64,000 nt of DNA, taken from positions 11,262 to 75,261 of the IMG/VR virus record IMGVR_UViG_3300045044_000056. One strand, 5' to 3'. Source of the stretch: a virus. The translations under genes and the position numbers were made by a program. The notes below the pieces were generated by a model. That model was not told the DNA's origin and did no database searches. It saw only the letters and a list, made by a program, of their open reading frames with translations. Within the stretch, counting starts at the first letter, position 1; the number at the start of each line of letters is the position of its first letter. Below, in pieces: positions 44,392 to 53,971 of this stretch.

Positions 44392-47300
44392 TTACATCGG
44401 TCCCGTGTCCGCTAGGGTTTCGTGCGCCTCGCGCCGCGACGCCTGCTTATGCTGGTTCCACTGGCGGGCGCGCGCGAAGGTGTGGCGCGCGGGCGCCACC
44501 TTCGGCATCTCCGCTTCCACGCTCATCTTGACCGGCTTCTCCAACGCCGAGCGCAGCTGCTGGTGCTGGTCATGAATGTGATCAAAAGTGCCCTCGATGC
44601 GCTCCTGCGGCGAACCGGCTGCCGCGCCCGGGAACCGTCGTCGAACGGCGGCTGCTGGCGTATCGCCTTCGCCACCAACCCGACTGATGCCGCGCGCAGC
44701 ACCTAATCCTGGTCCAGCAACCCGTCCGCCTTCCGGCCAAGCCTGGGTCGGAGCGCGCGCGGTTTGTGTCGCGCCGCCACCGCCCCCGCGTTGTTCTTCA
44801 ACTAATTTAGCCCATTCACCTGATTGCCGCATTTCCCGAATGCGGTTAACAACGCGCGATCCTTCGGTTGCTTCCCGATGGCCTGGATTAACTTCGCCGT
44901 GACCATAAATTGGGATGTCAGGGTAATTTTTAGCTATGAACCTGGCAGCACTATCAACCTGCGCGTCAGTAAGGTCACGATCATCTTTTGCTATGATCTC
45001 CATGCCAAGAATGTTTGGATTAGTAATTCCCTGCCGCTGAAATTCCCGCGGCGTGTGGGCTTGGCTGATATGGCTTGTGCCGCCATAACCAAACTCGCTC
45101 CTTACATCGTGGATATTGCCTTCGCGATCCATAATGTACTGCGTACCAACGCCAGGACGACTGCGTTGCCAATCAGCCACGACACCACCCGGAGTGCCAC
45201 GACCGGCGGTATGGTGCATGATGAAAGCCAGCGGATCGCGACCTGATGGCGCTGACATCGCACCGGGCGACGTTCCGCTGGGCGCACCGGTGACTTGACT
45301 CGGCGTGATGCTAGGCGTGAGTGGGCCACCGGCACTTGGCGGCGCACCTCCTGCGGCGCCGGCTACCCCTCCAGCCCAATCCATCCATTTCGCGATGTCT
45401 GGCGCGCGGCCATGCCAACCGGGACCATAGCGCATCGAACCGAAATAAGCGCCTGCACCACCCCAACCGCTGTAGGTCCCCGGCCCGCGCCCAGGTTCTG
45501 AGATCGCACCGAACTGTGGAATGTACTTGGCCCATTGGTTATAAGCCGCCTGCATCTGCGCAGCGGGGTCAGTTACTGCACCACGCACACCATAGTTGGC
45601 CAAATCGCGTGGCCCCATCTGGAACAGGCCACCACCAGCAGCACCGGGCTGCAGCGAACTTTCCTGCTGCGCCGTCGCCAGGAACAACCGCGCCCACTCT
45701 TCGGGTGCGCCAGTAGTAATGCCCCAACGCGCCGCGTCGCGCGGGATGAACCCGTGCAGCGGACCACCGCGAAACATCTCGGTGGCACGTTGGAAAAATG
45801 CCGTAGGATCGAGCCCACCCCGGCCGCCCTGGCGTTGAGCAACTCCCGCTCCAACTCGACCGCCAGTCGGGAATGGCCAGGCCGCTCCTGGCGCGCCAGC
45901 CTGACTTTCGAGTCCGCCCGCTCTCCAATCTCCAGTCTCGCCACCGGTCTTGGCCCACGCTGGGGCCATTTCGGGGAACGGCACGGGCGGCGCACCGACG
46001 GGACCGCCGCCACCGGTTGTCTGCTGGCCACCAGCGCCGGTGCCGCGCGGCCCGGCGCGGCCCATACCCGCGGCATAGGCTTGCATGCCGCCGCCCGGGC
46101 CGGGTGCGCCGAACGTGCCACGGCCGCCCTGCGCCTCGATGTATTTCTGCAGCTCCTCGTCCGACATCTGTCCGAAGTCGGTCGGCATGCGCTTTTGCTC
46201 GCCCATAGCCAGCGCGTGGATGCGGGTCCACATCTGCGCGGCTTCGGTCTCCTGCCGCTCCTGCGCGGTGCGCGCCTTGCCCAGTGGCACGACAGCCTCG
46301 GGGCCGCCTTCGCCGACCATTGCCAGTGTCGGCTGATCGACGACGCCGCCTTCCTGCATGAACGGGATATTTAAGGGTACGGGCTTGGTGCCTTGCGGCG
46401 TTGGCTTCATCGCCTCCCCGATAGCCCTATTTAGCGCACCGGCAGCTTGACCCATCAAATCAGGGTGCTCAGGCGTGCCATGTCCGCCGAACAGAAGCTC
46501 AGGAAGTTTTGAGTAGTCGGCCTCGGTGATGGCCTTGATTGCCTTGGCGATCCGTTCCAGTTCGTTGGCGAGATTGGTCAGCGCTTCGCTGGCTCCCAGC
46601 CGTTCCAACAACAGGCCGACGCTGTTCTGCAGGATATCCCACGCCGCCGACAGTTTGCGCAATGCTCCGCCACCTTCCAGCTCCAATGCCAAATGTCTAT
46701 CCTTCAAATCGTTGGCGTCATGCACAGCCTGCTGATAGTACCTGCGACTCTCTTGGCTGACTTTAGATTGTATATCAACGAACCGGCGCGCCGACTCGCT
46801 GGGCAGCATGTCACGCCAAGCCGCTTCGAACCCCACTCGGTCATTGCCGAACTCGCGCAGCAGGTCTTTGCGCTTGTTATTAAGCGAGTCCATCAAATCG
46901 AGGAAATCGCCGTGCCCGGCCCGCATGGCCTCGATGTCGCCCTGCATCAGGAACCCGATCTTGGACCGCGGGTCGCTGATGTCCCTCAGTATTTCCTGCA
47001 GGCCACGCGCCGCCTGCATCGGCGATCCCAACGCGGTTGCCGTCTCCTTGAACACCGCACTGAGTTGGCCGGCGGCTTCGACGCCGTGCAATCCGATGCG
47101 GTCCATATCCGCCATCATGCGCGGCGCCACGGTCGCAAACTCGTTGCCGATGCCGTCGAGGGTTGTAGACCATACCCCCATCAATTTCGGTATCTCTTCG
47201 AGCTTGACGCCCAGGTCTTTCATCGCTGCGGTAGTTAGACGAGTGGCACTGTTGACTGACGTCTCGGTCAGGTCAGCGAACTGCTGCATCGGCTCGAATA

Positions 47301-47826
47301 TCTTGCGCACCTCGTCTGGACTAAGCCCCGAACGGGTCTGAAAATCACGGAAGGCACGGATCATTTTTTCGGCGGATACCCCAGTCGCCGCCGCCAACTC
47401 TTCAACCTGTTCCTGCACATGTTTAAGCTCATCGGTCGTCGCGCCAGTCGACAACCGCAGCCGCGTCATCTGTTCCTGCATATTGGCGAAATTTATATAG
47501 GAGCGTCGCGTAAATTCTTCGACAGCTACAATCGAGAATGCTTCTTTAATCTGCGATCCGAGTTTGGCGTAGGCTTCGGTCGCATAATTCGCATGTTCAA
47601 CCGCCTTCTGGCCCGCATCCCGGTGTTTGTGAGCGGTCTCATCAACAGCCTGACCTAATTTCTTCGCCTCTTCAGTAGTAAGCTGAAACCCTCCCCTCGC
47701 TACCCGGTTGGCTTGCTCTGCACTGTAGCCATAGCTCTTCAGGCGCTCCACCATTGCCCGAATAGTCGGGTCGGTGGAGTCAGTCGCCGTTATATTTAGA
47801 TTGGCTCTGTATTCGACGTCACTCAC
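44392..47826 (-). CDS. Tape measure protein with SLT-like and Amidase_2-like domains
   Basis: Helical N-terminal region; AQQESSLQP...GGLFQM; FIMHHTAG...QYIMDREG...HI...GMEI...IYGHGEV. Confidence 0.85.
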   Translation of the reverse strand: MSDVEYRANLNITATDSTDPTIRAMVERLKSYGYSAEQANRVARGGFQLTTEEAKKLGQAVDETAHKHRDAGQKAVEHANYATEAYAKLGSQIKEAFSIVAVEEFTRRSYINFANMQEQMTRLRLSTGATTDELKHVQEQVEELAAATGVSAEKMIRAFRDFQTRSGLSPDEVRKIFEPMQQFADLTETSVNSATRLTTAAMKDLGVKLEEIPKLMGVWSTTLDGIGNEFATVAPRMMADMDRIGLHGVEAAGQLSAVFKETATALGSPMQAARGLQEILRDISDPRSKIGFLMQGDIEAMRAGHGDFLDLMDSLNNKRKDLLREFGNDRVGFEAAWRDMLPSESARRFVDIQSKVSQESRRYYQQAVHDANDLKDRHLALELEGGGALRKLSAAWDILQNSVGLLLERLGASEALTNLANELERIAKAIKAITEADYSKLPELLFGGHGTPEHPDLMGQAAGALNRAIGEAMKPTPQGTKPVPLNIPFMQEGGVVDQPTLAMVGEGGPEAVVPLGKARTAQERQETEAAQMWTRIHALAMGEQKRMPTDFGQMSDEELQKYIEAQGGRGTFGAPGPGGGMQAYAAGMGRAGPRGTGAGGQQTTGGGGPVGAPPVPFPEMAPAWAKTGGETGDWRAGGLESQAGAPGAAWPFPTGGRVGAGVAQRQGGRGGLDPTAFFQRATEMFRGGPLHGFIPRDAARWGITTGAPEEWARLFLATAQQESSLQPGAAGGGLFQMGPRDLANYGVRGAVTDPAAQMQAAYNQWAKYIPQFGAISEPGRGPGTYSGWGGAGAYFGSMRYGPGWHGRAPDIAKWMDWAGGVAGAAGGAPPSAGGPLTPSITPSQVTGAPSGTSPGAMSAPSGRDPLAFIMHHTAGRGTPGGVVADWQRSRPGVGTQYIMDREGNIHDVRSEFGYGGTSHISQAHTPREFQRQGITNPNILGMEIIAKDDRDLTDAQVDSAARFIAKNYPDIPIYGHGEVNPGHREATEGSRVVNRIREMRQSGEWAKLVEEQRGGGGGATQTARAPTQAWPEGGRVAGPGLGAARGISRVGGEGDTPAAAVRRRFPGAAAGSPQERIEGTFDHIHDQHQQLRSALEKPVKMSVEAEMPKVAPARHTFARARQWNQHKQASRREAHETLADTGPM

Positions 47827-48314
47827 GACACGGCCTTCATCGCTTCAGGCGGCGCGAAGTTGAGATTGACATCCTTCTCCTCGGGCGGGATCACCACCTT
47901 GGGCGGCGTCGGATAGCGTTTGACCGGTCCCTCCACGTGCGGGAATCGCGGGTCTTGCTGGTCGCTGACTTTGCTTTCGGTGATGCTGGGCAGCTCCTCG
48001 TCGGGCGTCGCAAACGGCCGCCGGCCCTCGTTGATGTCCTTTTGCGCCCAGGTGGCCTGCGCGAACAGTAAGGCGAATGTAACCCGGTCCACGTCCGGCG
48101 CCGTGATCTGCCGCAGCAGCCGCTCCGGCAGATCGGTCAGCTCTGCCAGCAGCGCGAGGCCAGACGGGATCTGCTGGCGGCCCCAGCGGATCGAATGCTC
48201 GTAAGTAGGCGCGCGAATGATGATCGCCTCAACATCGCGCCCTTCATGCTTAAGCGGCGTAAACAGCTCGACCACGAACGAGCCGTCCCGCCGCATTGCC
48301 CAGGCTGCTCCCAC
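47823..48314 (-). CDS. Tail assembly chaperone
   Basis: VELFTPLKHEGRDVEAIIIRAP...LLAELTDLP...DVDR; lies between tube and TMP; start may be 48296. Confidence 0.7.
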   Translation of the reverse strand: MGAAWAMRRDGSFVVELFTPLKHEGRDVEAIIIRAPTYEHSIRWGRQQIPSGLALLAELTDLPERLLRQITAPDVDRVTFALLFAQATWAQKDINEGRRPFATPDEELPSITESKVSDQQDPRFPHVEGPVKRYPTPPKVVIPPEEKDVNLNFAPPEAMKAVS

Positions 48315-48317
48315 TGG

Positions 48318-48908
48318 TTACACGCCCGGCACGAAGCCGCCAGTGGTCTGGATCAGCGCCGCGACGTTGGTGGCGCCGGTCGAGAGGTAGTTGTTGATGA
48401 CGGCATTCTGGTCGACGCCACCGATCACCCGGGTATTGGTCGGGAAGTCCCACAGGTAGACTTGCTCGCCCGCGATGTTCAGCTCGTAGTGCATGATGCA
48501 CCGTATCGAGTAGTTGGTATGCATCACGTCGCCGCGCCGATAGTTCTGCGGATCGGAGCGGCCCAGCATGCCTTTGAGCACCGCCATGGCTTGCGCCGCC
48601 TCGCCGGTCGATTGATCGCGGATCACGCCGTAGGCGGTGAAGTAGTTCATCGTGCTGGCCCACGACCCGATCAATTCCATGACCTGCGGCGTCAGGCCGA
48701 GCAACACAAACGTGCATTCCAACCGCGCGATGACCGTGGAAATTTCCACGGCGACCGGCGCGCCGCCGGCACGGTGGTCGACGTACTGCATGTCCAATCC
48801 CGGCAGCTTCAGTTCTGTCAAGATCAGGTGGTTGCTGTCGGCAGCATTATCGGCCGCCGACCCGCAGAACAGGTTGGCGTCCTCCATAGTCCAGACGGGA
48901 TTCGGCAT
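48318..48908 (-). CDS. Major tail tube protein (P2 FII-like)
   Basis: LKLPGL...HRAGG...LECTF...G.L...D...GD...Y.L...GE.VY.WD..N.RVIGGVD. Confidence 0.85.
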   Translation of the reverse strand: MPNPVWTMEDANLFCGSAADNAADSNHLILTELKLPGLDMQYVDHRAGGAPVAVEISTVIARLECTFVLLGLTPQVMELIGSWASTMNYFTAYGVIRDQSTGEAAQAMAVLKGMLGRSDPQNYRRGDVMHTNYSIRCIMHYELNIAGEQVYLWDFPTNTRVIGGVDQNAVINNYLSTGATNVAALIQTTGGFVPGV

Positions 48909-48931
48909 TGCTGACTCCTATTGCGAGCAAC

Positions 48932-48954
48932 AAAAAACCCGGCGCGAGGCCGGG
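48932..48954 (-). terminator. Intrinsic terminator between sheath and tube genes
   Basis: CCCGGC stem / GCCGGG with an A6 tract on the + strand. Confidence 0.55.
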
Positions 48955-48982
48955 CCGATCAGGTTGACTTGTTGGGGTTGGA

Positions 48983-50872
48983 TTAAGCGGCGACGTTGAG
49001 CTGCTGCTCGAGCTGGGCCACCATCTGGTCAATGGCGGGCTTGTAGCGCGCGCTCATGGTGGTGATCAGTTTGAGCACCGGCGGCTCTTCGGCGACGAAC
49101 CCGACGGTCAGGTGACCGAGCCGGATCTCGTTGGCGGAGTTGAGCGCACCGCGGAACGTGGCGTGACCATCGATGATCTGCTCACGTGCTTTCAGCACGC
49201 CGAGGAAGTCGTTGATGGTGGTGATGACATTGTGCACCGTCTGCCGATCGATGTTGGCTCGACCGAGGTAGGTGCGCAGCGCCGGCATCAAGCTCAGGTG
49301 GATGTAGTCACGCCCGCGCTTGACGTTGATCATTTGCCACAAGGGATCGTCGCCGACGTTGTCGAGGGTGATCGAGATGAAGCCGCCCGAGGAGATGGCG
49401 GACTCGATACCGATCAGACCACGGGCGATGATGCCGATGTTGGCCGCCAGCAGCTGCTGCCCTTCGGTGGCTGGGTCAGTCAGGTTGAAGTTGACGGTGC
49501 GGGCCGGGCCGACAATGCCCTGAATGGGCTGGTTGGCCCACGAGTGGAACGGCGCCCCAGTAGCGAAGTCGCGCGCCACCGCCAGCCCGATCTCACGCGG
49601 CGCCCGCGGCACCACGATGATGTTGCTGGAGACCGGGTCCATGATCTTGACGCCGCCCGAGACCGCGATCAGCCGCTGGTGGTTCATGGTGGTGCGCCAG
49701 TTCTCGTCAGCGATCTGGCTAATACCGGCCGACTCCACGACGGCGACGCCGATCAGGTTGTCGAGCACTGCCGGCAACGCTGCGCACACCGGGTTGGCGC
49801 CGAGCGCCATGGTGGCAGTCATCGTGCACTGGGTCGCCGCGATGGCGTCGCGACCGCCGGTCAGGGTCGGGCCAGACAGCGACAGGCCGGTCACGGTGGT
49901 GCCGAGGGTGAACGAGTTGCCGGAGGCGCCCGCGGTGTCGTCTACGATGTTGATGGTGCCCGTTACCAGCGTGTAGGTGCACTTGCTGATCTGGGTGTCG
50001 GCGGTCGAGTTCAGGAACGTCACTAGGCTGTTGAGGGTGGCTGACAGATTGGCGCCGATCTGGACTTGGTTACCCACCGGGGTGCCCGATACGAAGGTGA
50101 CGGTGCTGCCATTGAGGTTGATGGTGGCCCCGATGCCCGGCTGCTGATTGAAAATCATCGAGCCGGACGCGGCCAGCGCCGTGATGGGCGGACCATCGGG
50201 CGGCGGCACGGTCACCAACGGCGCCACCGTCATCCAGGCGCCCCAACTGTCGATGGTGATATCCTGGTTGTGGATCGAGCCGTCGGCCTCGGCCACCACA
50301 TGCGCTACCGGCTGGATCAGATTGGCGCCGTTAGTCTCGCCACCGCCCGGGGCGAACGTCAACTGATACATGGCGCCCGGCTTATAACCCTGCCCGACCG
50401 TGTTGACGTTGAGCGTGTTGAGGCTGTTGGCCTGCTGCCCGGTATAACCAGGTGCACAGATTAGCCGCGGCGTGCAGTACAGCATGTTTGGCGCCTTGGT
50501 GAACGCCCACACTCCGGTCTGCAGGATCGAGTTGCCCATCACCTTCGAGATGGTCTGCTGCAGTTTCAGGTTGGCATTGGCGTCGGTGCCGTAGTCGGTG
50601 CGAACGATCACAATCTGCGCTGCGACCTGGAAGTCGGCGAGCTGCGCGTTGATGCCGTTGATGGCGTCGGGGATGTAGCCGTCGGTCCCCAGCGCGGTCA
50701 GCTTATCAACGTCGTTGCTGTAGACCAGCACCGGCGTGTTGAGCGGATAGATCGTGGCATCAGCCGTCGAGCACGGCCCGATGATGCCGATCACATCCAT
50801 GTTGGCGCCCAGGACGGGTTTGGCCTGGTCATCAACCTGGATAAACTGTAAGCCGAAATATGGCTGAGACAT
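48983..50872 (-). CDS. Tail sheath protein (P2 FI-like)
   Basis: VIGIIG.C..AD...PLNTPV; PRLICAPGYT; HSWANQPIQGI; INVKRGRD; EEPPVL..IT. Confidence 0.9.
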   Translation of the reverse strand: MSQPYFGLQFIQVDDQAKPVLGANMDVIGIIGPCSTADATIYPLNTPVLVYSNDVDKLTALGTDGYIPDAINGINAQLADFQVAAQIVIVRTDYGTDANANLKLQQTISKVMGNSILQTGVWAFTKAPNMLYCTPRLICAPGYTGQQANSLNTLNVNTVGQGYKPGAMYQLTFAPGGGETNGANLIQPVAHVVAEADGSIHNQDITIDSWGAWMTVAPLVTVPPPDGPPITALAASGSMIFNQQPGIGATINLNGSTVTFVSGTPVGNQVQIGANLSATLNSLVTFLNSTADTQISKCTYTLVTGTINIVDDTAGASGNSFTLGTTVTGLSLSGPTLTGGRDAIAATQCTMTATMALGANPVCAALPAVLDNLIGVAVVESAGISQIADENWRTTMNHQRLIAVSGGVKIMDPVSSNIIVVPRAPREIGLAVARDFATGAPFHSWANQPIQGIVGPARTVNFNLTDPATEGQQLLAANIGIIARGLIGIESAISSGGFISITLDNVGDDPLWQMINVKRGRDYIHLSLMPALRTYLGRANIDRQTVHNVITTINDFLGVLKAREQIIDGHATFRGALNSANEIRLGHLTVGFVAEEPPVLKLITTMSARYKPAIDQMVAQLEQQLNVAA

Positions 50873-50974
50873 GAGCCATCCTTTCTTTGGGTATGGAGGA
50901 GGAATAGAGGACCGGCGGCTGCCGTCAGGCCGCCGGCAAGTTATCCGCTAGCCAGGGAGGAACGTGCTAGGGGA

Positions 50975-51211
50975 TCAGAACTCTAGGCTGGGCGTCATGA
51001 TTTCCAGCTCGGTCTTCTCGTTGCCCGACTGGCTGCCACCAAACAGTTTGATGGTGATGATCGGCGCACGGTTCGGTGTGTCGGGCGGATCGGTGAAGAA
51101 CGTCAGAAGCCGGACGTAATAGTCGCTGTTAGGATCTGGCTGGATATCGCTGACCAGAATTGTCTGCACGCCATCGAGTTCGAGCGTGACATTGTTGAAG
51201 TTGATGGCCAT
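50975..51211 (-). CDS. Hypothetical protein
   Basis: GAGG SD; 78 aa. Confidence 0.6.
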   Translation of the reverse strand: MAINFNNVTLELDGVQTILVSDIQPDPNSDYYVRLLTFFTDPPDTPNRAPIITIKLFGGSQSGNEKTELEIMTPSLEF

Positions 51212-51218
51212 TGGTTCC

Positions 51219-52457
51219 TCATGCAGTCCAGATCATCCAATCCTGCAGTTTCACGTCTGGCAAACCACCGCCAGGAGATGCGTACCAAGCGTGGTAAAAA
51301 TTCTGCACACCCGGCGCCCACGGTGACTGGGCAGAATAAGTAAGCGTTGCGCCAGGAACCGTATATACCCCTGATGCAGCATATGCGCCGCCTGCCGACA
51401 TCGAACAAGTCGAAGTATCGCCGTTGATATAACAAGTGCTAGGATAGTTGCAGTTGATGATCGGACCCGATGAATAAACGTAAGTCTGCTGCGGTAGATT
51501 AGACAAATTGGGGACACTTGCAGATGGCTGCAATGGCGTGCTTAAGGTCCAGGTCTGTGACGTACCTTCAAAAGTGACCGTGCAACTCACCGATGCGCCA
51601 TAAGCAACCGTCGATGGCGCGTTCATTCGCAGATAAATCGTGTCGCCCGGATTGGCCGTGCCACCTGTACCCCAAGGACCGCCGGACGAATTAGAAATCT
51701 GCGCACCGCCGCCACTGACCGAGATGGAACCCGCTAGATTGCAGTTGGTGATCGGCGCCGACACCATATAGGTGCCGCTGTTGGGCAGCACGACATTGGC
51801 GGCATAGCCGCCAGGATTGACCGAAGAGAAGTTGAATGACGGTTGCGTGCAAGCCGTAACTGAGAAGGTCTGACTGACGCCCTCGATACTAACCGTAGCC
51901 GTATTTGTTTGATTGTAATTCGGCACAGTCAACCGCACGTAGATAGTGCCGCCCGGATTGATGGTAGTGCTCGTGCCCCAAGTCGAGCCGTTATTGGAAA
52001 TCTGCGCAGTGCTGCCGGTCACCGTGACAGGTGTTGTTGCCACGATATTATCGACAACCGAGCTAGAAGTGACGATCGAACCGGGCGCCGAGATCGGCGC
52101 ATTAGTAAAACTGAACGACGGCGGCTGGCCAACGGCCACCGTATAGTTCTGCGACACCGTTCCGATGGTCACGGTGCAAACATTCTGCGAGCCAAATACG
52201 TTGGGCGCGTCCTGCCGAACATAAACGATGCCGCCAACCGGGATGGACGCGCTCGCGGCCCAGGTCGATCCGTCGGCCGACACCTGGGCGTTGAGCCCAC
52301 CGCTGACAGTCGCGGTCGTCGTTCCCGGCAGATTGGCAACTGGCGACGACGCTTGAACCTGCGTGGCGCCCTTCACCGCGTAGGTGAACGGGAACGAGAA
52401 ACTGATTGGCAGCGCCACCGCGCCGAGGAAGCCGCGCGTCGCGGGCAGGATCAGCAT
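51219..52457 (-). CDS. Fibre-associated protein with three Ser/Thr-rich Ig-like repeats
   Basis: Repeated AQ(V/I)SxxGSTWxxxxxIxxGGxxYVR...VTI; start at 52457 from the TGATG overlap. Confidence 0.7.
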   Translation of the reverse strand: MLILPATRGFLGAVALPISFSFPFTYAVKGATQVQASSPVANLPGTTTATVSGGLNAQVSADGSTWAASASIPVGGIVYVRQDAPNVFGSQNVCTVTIGTVSQNYTVAVGQPPSFSFTNAPISAPGSIVTSSSVVDNIVATTPVTVTGSTAQISNNGSTWGTSTTINPGGTIYVRLTVPNYNQTNTATVSIEGVSQTFSVTACTQPSFNFSSVNPGGYAANVVLPNSGTYMVSAPITNCNLAGSISVSGGGAQISNSSGGPWGTGGTANPGDTIYLRMNAPSTVAYGASVSCTVTFEGTSQTWTLSTPLQPSASVPNLSNLPQQTYVYSSGPIINCNYPSTCYINGDTSTCSMSAGGAYAASGVYTVPGATLTYSAQSPWAPGVQNFYHAWYASPGGGLPDVKLQDWMIWTA

Positions 52458-53770
52458 CAGGCCGCCGTATCGCCGCCCAGCACAAACACCGCATTGGTGC
52501 CGCTGGTGTTGGACATGCACATCAGCGACACCACCGCGTACTGGCCGGCGGTCTTGTACTGACTCTGACGGTTGCGCAGCGTAGCACCAGCTGCCGCCGT
52601 CAACGTGACTTGGCCCGCACCGCCCTGCCACACCAACGCGTTCCAGCCCTTCGGCAGGCTGTTGGGCAGCGTCGCGGTGATAGGCGAGGCATTGGTGAAC
52701 GTGGTCTGGCGACCGTTGTCGCTGGCGGTGAAGGTGTAGGTCGTGCCAGTCTGGTCATCAAACACCGCAGCAATCTGCGTCGAGTTGATGGTCGACGCAG
52801 CGATCTGCGCCAGCACGAACGCTGTAGTGGCCAGCTTGGTGGTGTTGTCGTTGGCTGCCGGCGTCGGCGCGGCGGGCGCGCCAGTGAAGGTCGGTGACGC
52901 CAACGGCGCGGCGCCGAGTGTGGACATCGCCGCCGTTGCGTTGGCCGCGCCCAGAAATGAGATAATGAACGCCGACAGCACCATGCCGGCCAGCGTGTCG
53001 AGGTTGGCGCTGTGCGGCTGCAGCCCCGAAGTCGCGCTGTTGACGTAGGCTTGCGTGGCCTTGCCCGCCAGATCGCTGGTCAGGTTGGCGATGTCGCTCT
53101 CAACCAGCGACACCGCGCCAGTCTTGCCGGCGACCGACACCACCGGCCCGGCGGCAATCGAACTCTGCACGCCGGCCACATAGGCGGCGGCAGCCTGTGC
53201 ATTAGTGTTGGCGGTCTGCGCGTTAGTGGCAGCGGTCTGTGCCGCGTTAAGGTCATCGACCATTGCCTGCAGCACGCCTGAGCCACAGGTCACTTGCCAC
53301 TGGGTCGAGACCTTGGTCTTGCTGGCATAGATGCAAGTGGTGGCCAGGCCGAGACTGGGCGAACCGGTCCAGCTCACCAACTGGCAGACGCCCCAGTTGG
53401 TGCTGTCGGTCACGTCCATCACCATCAGCCATTTGGTGGGTGTGAACAGCTCCGCACCGGTACTGGTCAGCTGCATGTCGAAGCGTTGGCCAACGACCAG
53501 CGACAGGTTGACGCCATCGGCCTCCGCGACCAGGAACCCGAGCTGCGCCGCCTGCTGCAACGTGGTGAGGAATGGCCCTAACGTTGAATTGATGTTGGCC
53601 AACCCCAACTCGACCAGCGTGTTCTCGGCGGCGTCGTAGCCGTCCATGCGCACGCCGATGCCGTTGATGGAGAAGCACAGCTGACTGATCAAGTTGTTGA
53701 GCCACGCCCGCGTGATTGGCGTCAAATCGGTCTTGACCAGCAGCGAGTTGGGGTCGATGACTTGGGCCAT
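52457..53770 (-). CDS. Tail fibre protein
   Basis: VVSVAGKTGAVSL, APLASPTFTGAPAAPT, TKLATTAFV; C-terminal fibre domain. Confidence 0.8.
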   Translation of the reverse strand: MAQVIDPNSLLVKTDLTPITRAWLNNLISQLCFSINGIGVRMDGYDAAENTLVELGLANINSTLGPFLTTLQQAAQLGFLVAEADGVNLSLVVGQRFDMQLTSTGAELFTPTKWLMVMDVTDSTNWGVCQLVSWTGSPSLGLATTCIYASKTKVSTQWQVTCGSGVLQAMVDDLNAAQTAATNAQTANTNAQAAAAYVAGVQSSIAAGPVVSVAGKTGAVSLVESDIANLTSDLAGKATQAYVNSATSGLQPHSANLDTLAGMVLSAFIISFLGAANATAAMSTLGAAPLASPTFTGAPAAPTPAANDNTTKLATTAFVLAQIAASTINSTQIAAVFDDQTGTTYTFTASDNGRQTTFTNASPITATLPNSLPKGWNALVWQGGAGQVTLTAAAGATLRNRQSQYKTAGQYAVVSLMCMSNTSGTNAVFVLGGDTAA

Positions 53771-53777
53771 CGCGCAC

Positions 53778-53960
53778 TCAGTCCGGCACAGTCAGTGTGA
53801 ATTGCGCTGCCGAATCGCACAGGTCAGCGAAGTTCTGACCATTCGGTAACTGACTGTGGTAGATCGCATCCGTCACCTCGTACTCGAAGCCCGGCATGAA
53901 CTCCACGTTGAAGGCGGTGAAGATTGCCTTGACCTTCACCCGGTAGTAGGGAACATCCAT
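53778..53960 (-). CDS. Hypothetical protein (60 aa)
   Basis: MDVPYYRVKV... after GGAGG. Confidence 0.55.
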   Translation of the reverse strand: MDVPYYRVKVKAIFTAFNVEFMPGFEYEVTDAIYHSQLPNGQNFADLCDSAAQFTLTVPD

Positions 53961-53971
53961 ACCGTCCTCCA

